From an uncultured Candidatus Binatia bacterium (GTDB lineage Bacteria; Desulfobacterota; Binatia; Bin18), in contig CBDEVZ010000008.1 of assembly GCA_965243735.1 (NCBI GenBank), positions 1,624,302 through 1,688,301 of the forward strand: a DNA stretch of 64,000 nucleotides, given 5' to 3'. The notes beneath the pieces are model-generated. The model was not told the DNA's origin. It ran no database searches and was given only the letters and a program-made list of their open reading frames with translations. Shown one piece after another: positions 57,765 through 64,000 of the stretch. Numbering within the stretch: position 1 is the first letter of the stretch; each line of letters begins with the position of its first letter. A program made the position numbers and the translations under genes.

Positions 57765-58847
57765 ATGAAGGTGGTTGCGTTCGTGCTCGTGTTCCTTTGT
57801 CCGTCCTTGTCGTTTTGCTCCTCCGCTCATGCCTGGGTCCAGCTTGGCAACTGGGTGGTTCCCGCGAAGGAACTGACCGTGGTCATCAGCCGGTTTTGCC
57901 TGGACTGGCCGACGGGCTGGCAGCTCTCCACCGGCGACCCATGTCTTCGGTATACGGACGATGAGTGGAGGTCGGCCATCAGCAGCGCGGGCCACGAATG
58001 GAATGACGTCGGGAGTAGTTTCACCTTCCATTTCAGAATGGCGCGCGGCGAGGATCATCCCTGTCAACGCTCGGGCGAGGTGTTCGTGATTTTAGCGTTG
58101 CCTCACCAAGCGTGTCCGGGGGATTCGCCGATGGGGAGCGCGGCTGGGAAGGCCGTGTTTACGGGGTCCGCAAGTCCCTCCCCGCGCATTTATATCAACG
58201 CGCACTACCTCAACGCGTACTACACGATTGGTACGTCCTGGATGAGTCTGCGACGGGTCATCCTGCATGAACTCGGGCATGTGCTGGGGCTCGGGCATCC
58301 CCCCGCTCATGTCCAAGCCGTCATGGTGCCGGGTTCCGAATGGCTCCGCTTACAGCCCGACGACATAGCCGGCATTCTGGCGCTCTATCCGCCCGAGCCC
58401 GCCCATACGATTGTGGTGATAGAAAATCCGCTCTTCGAGTCGGCCCAGAGCGGGATCAGTGTGATTTCTGGGTGGGTGTGTGACGCGGAATCCCTCCGCC
58501 TCTTCATCACGCCTGCGGGGAATTGGTACGAGCATCTGGTTGTCACCGGCATTCCCTACGGCGGAGATCGGGCCGACACCGAGAGTCACTGCGGGGACCG
58601 CGACAACGGCTTCGGGCTGCTCTTCAACTGGAACACGCTCGGGGACGGCGAGTACTATGTGATGGTGGAAACCGATGACGGCCGCTTCAGTTGGGCTGCC
58701 GTGACCGTCACCACACTCGGGGAGGAATTCCGACGCGGACTGGAGGGGACATGGGAGGTAGACGGCTTTCCCGACCCGAACAGCTCCGTCACGATTGAGT
58801 GGTCCGAGGCGCTACAAAACTTCGTGATTGTGGAGCATAATCCTTAG
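57765..58847 (+). CDS. Secreted matrixin-like (M10) zinc metalloprotease with a single C-terminal copy of the novel CTD (58419-58844)
   Basis: RBS AGGAGG then ATG 57765. Signal peptide MKVVAFVLVFLCPSLSFCSSAHA. HELGHVLGLGHP followed by Met-turn AVMVP. C-terminus ...SGISVISGWVC...CGDRDNGFGLLFNWNTLGDGE...VTTLGEEFRRG...ALQNFVIVE. Confidence 0.8.
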   Translation: MKVVAFVLVFLCPSLSFCSSAHAWVQLGNWVVPAKELTVVISRFCLDWPTGWQLSTGDPCLRYTDDEWRSAISSAGHEWNDVGSSFTFHFRMARGEDHPCQRSGEVFVILALPHQACPGDSPMGSAAGKAVFTGSASPSPRIYINAHYLNAYYTIGTSWMSLRRVILHELGHVLGLGHPPAHVQAVMVPGSEWLRLQPDDIAGILALYPPEPAHTIVVIENPLFESAQSGISVISGWVCDAESLRLFITPAGNWYEHLVVTGIPYGGDRADTESHCGDRDNGFGLLFNWNTLGDGEYYVMVETDDGRFSWAAVTVTTLGEEFRRGLEGTWEVDGFPDPNSSVTIEWSEALQNFVIVEHNP

Positions 58848-58860
58848 CCCGAAACGCGCC

Positions 58861-58886
58861 GGGCCAGGGCGGCCACCCTGGCCCGG
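58861..58886 (+). terminator. GC hairpin GGGCCAGGG-CGGCCAC-CCTGGCCC
   Basis: 9-bp perfect stem 14 nt after the stop. No T-tract follows, so weak as an intrinsic terminator. Confidence 0.3.
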
Positions 58887-58914
58887 ACCAACACACACCT
58901 AGAAGGAGGTTGTG

Positions 58915-59136
58915 ATGGCAAACTCACCAGAAGAGCTAGAAGGACAGATCGTTGCCCTACGTGCCTTTATGGCGCACCTTGCGTTGCGTGTTGCCCCGAT
59001 CCCGCAAGTCTACGATGATTTTTTGAAGGCGGTGCAAAATGCCCCCATTCCTCCCATTCTCTCTCCCGCTCAGAGCCGGGGCTGGGATGAATTGTGCAAG
59101 GGGCTGGCTGCTGACTTGAAAATCATTCGTCCTTGA
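58915..59136 (+). CDS. Small (73 aa) hypothetical protein
   Basis: Strong RBS (GAAGGAGG) 7 nt before the ATG. No recognisable domain. Confidence 0.4.
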   Translation: MANSPEELEGQIVALRAFMAHLALRVAPIPQVYDDFLKAVQNAPIPPILSPAQSRGWDELCKGLAADLKIIRP

Positions 59137-59139
59137 CAT

Positions 59140-60283
59140 GCCCCGACTTTACCCTTTTGCGCTTGGCTTTACCAGTCAAGCGTTTCTTCGGAGGAGGGGC
59201 AGGCTGTGGCGGGGTGTTGAGCCCCGCTTTCAGCAGCTCCTCAAAGGTCAGATTGATCTTCGTTGGCATTAGCGCGTCAACTCCTCGTAAGTCAGCCGTT
59301 CCCCGATCCCGGCTTTCAGGATCGCATTGACGCGCTGGGCGCTGCTGAGCGGCAGCATGTTCCAGCGGTGCGAGAACTCAGCCAGGTAGCGGGGCAAGTG
59401 CTTCTGCGAGAAGTCGTGGAAGACGCCATGATAGCCGCGCTTGAGCAAGGCCCAGAACGACTCCACGCCGTTCGTATGGGCTTTGCCCCGGACGTACTCC
59501 CCGGCGCTGTGATTGACTGTCTCATGGGTCAGGCGGTTGAACAGGCTCGGCAGGCCGGTATAGCCGCTGTGTTCGTCCGTGTAGACGGTCGCACCCGGGT
59601 CGGTGGCACCTTCCACGAACGGAATGAGCGTGGCCCGGTCGGGCTGGTCGATCTGCCGGGCAACGGCCTGGCCGCTGGTCCGCGACACCACCCCGGCCAC
59701 GGCCATCTTGTTTGCCGTGCCCCGGCCCGGCAGCTTCTGGCTGTCATGGCGGTTCTTTTGCCGACCGCCGAAGTAGCTCTCGTCGGCTTCGACTGGCCCC
59801 GGCAACGTCCCGGCTGCGCTGCCAGCGTGCTCGGCCGCCTTGCGTAGCCGGCCCAGGACGAACCAGGCCGTCTTTTGCGTCGTGCCGATCTCCCGAGCGA
59901 GCTGGTAGCTGCTGATCCCTTTGCGGCTCGTCGTCACCAGGAAGGCCGCCAAGTACCACTTCCGCAGCGGCAAGCGGCTCTCCTCGTACACCGTGCCCTT
60001 GCGGACGCTGAACTGCTTTTTGCAGTCCCCGCACCAGTAACGCCCAGGCCGGGGCAGCCGGTTAAAGTGGCGCGTGCTCGCGCAGAGCGGGCAAATCATG
60101 CCGTTCGGCCAGCGCAAGGCGGCCAGGTGTTCGGCGCAGGCGGCTTCGTCAGGAAAGGCGTCAAGGAGGCCCAGGACATTGTTGTACCCATGATTGTTGC
60201 TCATAGGGACAGTCTACTTGATTTCTTACTGTGCGTCAAGTATATTGTTCCCTTGACAAAGGGGGATTGAGGGGAATTTACCC
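59140..60283 (-). mobile_element. IS1595-family insertion sequence
   Basis: Carries the transposase 59269..60204. Right-end inverted repeat is 60205-60283. Left end is not clearly defined, apart from a strong inverted copy at 57491-57570. Confidence 0.7.
59269..60204 (-). CDS. IS1595-family (ISXO2-like) DDE transposase with N-terminal zinc ribbon
   Basis: CPLC...CGDC zinc ribbon. ESYFGG..., DEHSGY and NGVESFWALLKR motifs typical of DDE_Tnp_IS1595. Confidence 0.9.
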   Translation of the reverse strand: MSNNHGYNNVLGLLDAFPDEAACAEHLAALRWPNGMICPLCASTRHFNRLPRPGRYWCGDCKKQFSVRKGTVYEESRLPLRKWYLAAFLVTTSRKGISSYQLAREIGTTQKTAWFVLGRLRKAAEHAGSAAGTLPGPVEADESYFGGRQKNRHDSQKLPGRGTANKMAVAGVVSRTSGQAVARQIDQPDRATLIPFVEGATDPGATVYTDEHSGYTGLPSLFNRLTHETVNHSAGEYVRGKAHTNGVESFWALLKRGYHGVFHDFSQKHLPRYLAEFSHRWNMLPLSSAQRVNAILKAGIGERLTYEELTR

Positions 60284-60436
60284 GTCGTGGCGACCACCTT
60301 CAGAGCAGGCCGCTGGGGATGAGACAGGCAATCATTGGCAATTGGAGAATTCTGTGCTTGACTCGGCACACACGCAGGTGCCGCGGTTTGGGCGCGGGTC
60401 CTGCGATTCCATTCGATTGGACAGGCCAGTTCTGCC

Positions 60437-61375
60437 ATGAAAGTCGCCACCGGACGTGGATTCTATGAGCGCTATGGCGCGCCGGCCCGACACATTGCGC
60501 CGGATATCGGCTGGGCCCTGCTGGAAGCGGACGGCTCGTGGTCAGAGCCGCCCGACGCGTGCGAGCTGATCGTCCTGGCCGGCGATGCCTACACCCGGGC
60601 GTTTGTTGACACGGTCTCGGCCCTGCCCGAACCGCGCTGGGCGCACACCGAGGACGCCGGCGTGGACGGGCCTTTTTATGACGCCATGCGCGCCAAGGGC
60701 GTGATGCTGACCCACAGCCCGGGGGCCAACGCGCCCGAGGTGGCCGAGTTTGCGCTGAGTTTCATCCTGTGGACGGCCAAGCGGCTGGGTGACTTGCAGG
60801 CTCAGCAGCGGGCTCGCGAATGGCGGCTGCTTGAGCTGCAAAGCCTGAGCGACAAGACGCTGCTGGTTATCGGTCTGGGCGCGATCGGCAGCCGCGTTGC
60901 GCGCTACGCCAAGGGCTTTGGCATGCGGGTGCTGGGGCTGAGACAGTCTGCGGCTGCGGTCGAGCAGGTTGATCAACAGGGCACGCTGGCCGAGCTGGAG
61001 ACGTTTTTAGCCGAGGCCGATTTTGTGGTGGTGGCGCTGCCGCTCACGCCCCAGACCCGGGGACTGATCGGCCGGACACAGCTGGCCCGGATGAAACCGG
61101 GCGCGACCCTGGTCAATATTGCCCGTGGGGCGATTGTGGATACCGGGGCGGTCCGGGACGCCCTGGTGGCGGGTCGGCTTGGGCAAGCCTGTCTGGACGT
61201 GCTGCCGACCGAGCCGTGGCCAAAAGACGACCCCCTGTGGGAGACGCCGAATCTGTTCCTGACCCCGCATAACGCCTGGTCCTCGCCCCTGTATGTGCCC
61301 CGCGTGGCAGACATCTGGCTGGATAACCTGGGGCGCTATGTGCGGGGTGAGGCGCTGTTGCATCGGGCCTTCTGA
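60437..61375 (+). CDS. D-isomer-specific 2-hydroxyacid dehydrogenase (NAD-binding)
   Basis: GLGAIGSRVA Rossmann motif; catalytic-domain pattern. Confidence 0.8.
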   Translation: MKVATGRGFYERYGAPARHIAPDIGWALLEADGSWSEPPDACELIVLAGDAYTRAFVDTVSALPEPRWAHTEDAGVDGPFYDAMRAKGVMLTHSPGANAPEVAEFALSFILWTAKRLGDLQAQQRAREWRLLELQSLSDKTLLVIGLGAIGSRVARYAKGFGMRVLGLRQSAAAVEQVDQQGTLAELETFLAEADFVVVALPLTPQTRGLIGRTQLARMKPGATLVNIARGAIVDTGAVRDALVAGRLGQACLDVLPTEPWPKDDPLWETPNLFLTPHNAWSSPLYVPRVADIWLDNLGRYVRGEALLHRAF

Positions 61376-61383
61376 GCCCGTTC

Positions 61384-62451
61384 TCACAGCTTGTCCATCA
61401 CCTGACGGGCGAAATCCTCGATGACCTGGTACTGGGTCTCAAACGACGGCAGCAGCATGAGCTGCTTGAGCCCGGCCTGCTCCAGCCCGCGAACCTGATC
61501 AATGATCTCCTCCGGGCTGCCGGCCAGACACGTCGATTTGATCAGCTCAGGCGTGACGAATTTGGCCTCTTCGGGCAGCAGATAGGTGCAGTGCCCGGCG
61601 TGGATGCGCATATGCCGGTGGGTCTCGGGGGTGGCCTCGACCTGGGCGCTGTACTCGTCCCATATCTGGCGCAGGTGGCCCGGTGGGTCGCCGCCGAACT
61701 GGCGAATCTTGTCGTACAGGTAATGGATGGAGGCGATCACAAACGCGCCGCACTCGCGCAGCACGCGCTCGGAGTTGAGGGATTCGCCCGGCCGCAAAAT
61801 CACCGCCGTGGTCAGCGAGGCCGTATAAAAGTCGTCGGCCAGGCTCCGCCCGGCGCGCTGAGCCCCGGCCTCGGCGTTCTGCAAGGCGCGGTGCATGAAG
61901 CCGGGGTTGGGCGGCACCGACATGACCAGGCCCTCGCCGTACTCCCCGGCCAGGGCCTGGGCCTTGGGGCCGAAACCGGACACGTACAGCGGGATGGGTT
62001 CCTCGACATTGATGAACTTGTGGTCCTGCATCAGGAACTGGACCGGATGGGTCTGACCCTGCCAGCTGAAGTCGACCTCCTGGCCGCGCAACAGGCCGCG
62101 CAGCACCCGCAGGTAGTCGGCGAACTCCTTGAGTTTCATCGGCTTGTGGCCCATCAGCCGGGTGGCCGTGTTGCCGGTGCCGATGCCCAGGAAGGTCCGG
62201 CCCGGAGCCAGCTGGTTAATGGTGGCGATGCTGTTGGCCGTGACCGGTGCCAGGCGGGTGCCGGCCACCGACACCCCGGTCCCGATCTTCATGCGACGGG
62301 TCTGCTGGGCGGCCAGGGCCAGAACCGCGTAACAGTCCGACCAGATCATCTGGCTGTCGGCTATCCAGGCGTGCGAATAGCCGAGGTTCTCGGCGTGGGT
62401 GATATAGCCGATCTCGTCGATCTTCGAGGCGGTACAAATCCCAAAATCCAT
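61384..62451 (-). CDS. LLM-class (luciferase-like) flavin-dependent oxidoreductase
   Basis: TIM-barrel LLM pattern (MDFGI...LGYSHAWIADSQ). Confidence 0.8.
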   Translation of the reverse strand: MDFGICTASKIDEIGYITHAENLGYSHAWIADSQMIWSDCYAVLALAAQQTRRMKIGTGVSVAGTRLAPVTANSIATINQLAPGRTFLGIGTGNTATRLMGHKPMKLKEFADYLRVLRGLLRGQEVDFSWQGQTHPVQFLMQDHKFINVEEPIPLYVSGFGPKAQALAGEYGEGLVMSVPPNPGFMHRALQNAEAGAQRAGRSLADDFYTASLTTAVILRPGESLNSERVLRECGAFVIASIHYLYDKIRQFGGDPPGHLRQIWDEYSAQVEATPETHRHMRIHAGHCTYLLPEEAKFVTPELIKSTCLAGSPEEIIDQVRGLEQAGLKQLMLLPSFETQYQVIEDFARQVMDKL

Positions 62452-62462
62452 CCTGTCGCTCC

Positions 62463-62864
62463 TCAGTCACACAGGGCGTCGCTGACGAGTTCGGTGTCGA
62501 GGTACTCGGTCAGGGAGTGAATTTTCCCGTCCACAATCCGCCACACCCGGCAGTAGGTATTGTTGTAGTCCTTGCCGGTGTGGGTGCGGGATACGCCGGT
62601 GGCCTGCTCGGCAACGTACTCGCCGTCGGCAATCAGGTTCTCAATCGTCATGACGATTGCCCCGCCTTCGAGGCGCTCGCCCAGGATGGTGGTCAGCCCC
62701 TGCTCAATTGTGTTTTTGCCCCGAATCGTTCCCGACAGCGGGGTGGAGCCGATCAGGGTAAAAGACACGTCGTCGGCGGCATCGGCCAGAAAGCCGGCCA
62801 TGTCGCCGCGGCTGAGGGCATCGATGGCTTTTCGGACAACGGCTTTGTTGTGTTCGCTTGACAT
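62463..62864 (-). CDS. SnoaL-like / NTF2-fold protein (ester cyclase-like)
   Basis: MSSEHNKAVVRKAIDALSRGDMAGF pattern. ORF trimmed to the internal ATG to avoid overlap with the next gene's RBS. Confidence 0.6.
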   Translation of the reverse strand: MSSEHNKAVVRKAIDALSRGDMAGFLADAADDVSFTLIGSTPLSGTIRGKNTIEQGLTTILGERLEGGAIVMTIENLIADGEYVAEQATGVSRTHTGKDYNNTYCRVWRIVDGKIHSLTEYLDTELVSDALCD

Positions 62865-62916
62865 ACGGCCTCCTGTATTTTCAGCTATGCAGGCATAGTG
62901 CGAGGAGGAGGGGGTC

Positions 62917-63567
62917 TTGTCAAGAAACATCGCTGGCTCCCAGCTGGCCATTTTTGCAGGCTGCGGTCTGGCCAGCCTGGTGCTGGGTCTGCTCGACGCC
63001 GGGGCGTGGCTCAGTATGCGGGAGTACGGCCTGTTCCAGAACGTCCAGGCCGGGGTGTTGGGTCTGGCGCTGGGCCTCGGCCTGCTGAGCCTGTGGCGGG
63101 CCGAGGGCCAGGCGCGCGTGTTCTGGGTTTTTGTCCTGGGCTTTGCCTTTTTCTTTGTGTGGCGAGAGCTGGACCTGGATCAGGAATTTTTCGCGGATCG
63201 GATGTTTTCGTGGGCGTATCTGTTTCGGGACAGCGTGCCGCTCAGCACCAAGCTCATCCTCGGCCTGCCCTCAATCGGGCTGAGCCTGGCCTGGGGGGGG
63301 TATGTGGTACGGCGAGCACCGCTGCTGGTGGCCGGGCTGCGGCATTACGGTCGGGGAGCGAGCCTGGTGTGGGCCGGGCTGACCCTGGCGTGTTTCGGGC
63401 TGGGCCAGATCTGGGATAAGGCAACCGCCTTCCAGCGCGATTGGGGGATACGGATCTATGATCGGGCGACCAAAGATCCGTATGTTGAGGAAGCGTTCGA
63501 GCTGCTGGGCGCGGTGGCCTTCGTGTTGCTCATCGTGGAGCTGCGGCGGACTGAATCTGAACGTTGA
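62917..63567 (+). CDS. Hypothetical integral membrane protein (5-6 TM)
   Basis: TTG start right after GAGGAGGAGGGGG. Hydrophobic segments; no recognised family. Confidence 0.45.
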   Translation: MSRNIAGSQLAIFAGCGLASLVLGLLDAGAWLSMREYGLFQNVQAGVLGLALGLGLLSLWRAEGQARVFWVFVLGFAFFFVWRELDLDQEFFADRMFSWAYLFRDSVPLSTKLILGLPSIGLSLAWGGYVVRRAPLLVAGLRHYGRGASLVWAGLTLACFGLGQIWDKATAFQRDWGIRIYDRATKDPYVEEAFELLGAVAFVLLIVELRRTESER

Positions 63568-64000
63568 CCAGCCCGATCCCGATCAGGATGAGGGCGCCGC
63601 CGCTGCCCTGTAGCCACGACACCGACTCGCCGAGCCACAGCCAGGCCAGCAGGGAGGCGCCTACCGGCTCGGCCAGCAGGATGACGGCGACGATGGTTGG
63701 CGAGAGATAGGCCAGCGCCCAGTTCACAACCGTATGGCCGATGAGCTGGGGACCGAGGCCCAGCAGCAGCAGGATCAGATAGGCCGAGCCGGCATAGCCG
63801 AGGATGGGCACCGGGCTGAGCAGACACACCGCCCACAGGCACAAGGCCGCACAGGCGTACACCAGGCCGGCGTACAGCGGCAGCGGAACGCTCGGTCGGA
63901 CCAGGCGTCCACACACCAGATAGGCGGCCATCATGACTGCCCCGCCCAGGGCCAGCAGGTCGCCGTACAGGGCCTGGGGCGGGCTGAGCTGAAAATCGTT
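63530..64000 (-). CDS. DMT-superfamily (EamA-like) transporter, 3' portion (gene start lies beyond the window)
   Basis: EamA-like TM repeats; the ORF is open to the window edge. Confidence 0.65.
   Translation of the reverse strand, partial: NDFQLSPPQALYGDLLALGGAVMMAAYLVCGRLVRPSVPLPLYAGLVYACAALCLWAVCLLSPVPILGYAGSAYLILLLLGLGPQLIGHTVVNWALAYLSPTIVAVILLAEPVGASLLAWLWLGESVSWLQGSGGALILIGIGLVNVQIQSAAAPR

Noticed and set aside
60255-60290. TTGACA hexamer (CCCTTGACAAAGGG) as an outward-facing sigma-70 -35 box at the IS end
   Set aside because: No convincing -10 at 16-18 nt spacing. The sequence is better explained as the core of the IS terminal inverted repeat.
62898-63419. ORF 62898..63419 (+) and other alternative-frame ORFs in the 62.9-63.9 kb region
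   Set aside because: Arg/Gly-rich junk translations overlapping a better membrane-protein ORF (62917..63567) that has an RBS and TM helices.

Overview
High-GC (~65-68%) bacterial window, probably a Chloroflexi-like genome (lineage not resolved). Bases 1-41,600 are an accessory cluster of at least seven giant (700 to >2,700 aa) secreted multidomain proteins. Their N-terminal architectures are unrelated: FN3/cadherin-like, spondin_N/arylsulfotransferase-like propeller/Calx-beta, two metzincin-GLUG-cadherin paralogs, DUF285-repeat, LRR-FN3, and Ig-like. All seven end in the same module, which I do not recognise: a Gly/Ser/Pro low-complexity linker, sometimes a PPC (pre-peptidase C-terminal) domain, then two tandem copies (A then B) of a ~135-aa Cys-containing domain (signature ...[FY]LENP..SFQSGIGV[IL]SGWVC...YGTERLDT..VCGDTDNGFGLLFNWNLLGDGEHEV...VTTLGEEFVRG..GECTV.DFP..GE.VTLTWQ..SQNFVI..E*). 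A single copy of this domain also ends a small matrixin-like protease at 57.8 kb; that gene lies between inverted repeats belonging to an IS1595 element. Each giant gene is followed 60-85 nt after its stop by a conserved non-coding module: a GC hairpin, a CT-rich tract, the 18-bp palindrome CTGCCCAnnTGGGCAGCG, and ~20 nt later a TAyAGG box. Identical nucleotide stretches are shared between the C-terminal domains of otherwise unrelated genes, indicating gene conversion. Two small ORFs carrying a cysteine-switch-like motif are translationally coupled upstream of the two metzincin giants. Two frameshifts (a C8 tract and a 78-bp repeat unit) split what look like single genes. A MITE-like palindromic repeat family and a 140-nt structured repeat are interspersed. 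The remainder (42.7-64 kb) is ordinary metabolic and housekeeping genes. It also holds a low-GC islet with an AAA-ATPase + TOPRIM (RloA/RloB- or DUF4435-like) putative defence pair next to a VapB (Phd/YefM) antitoxin and a degraded VapC, and an IS1595-family transposase.
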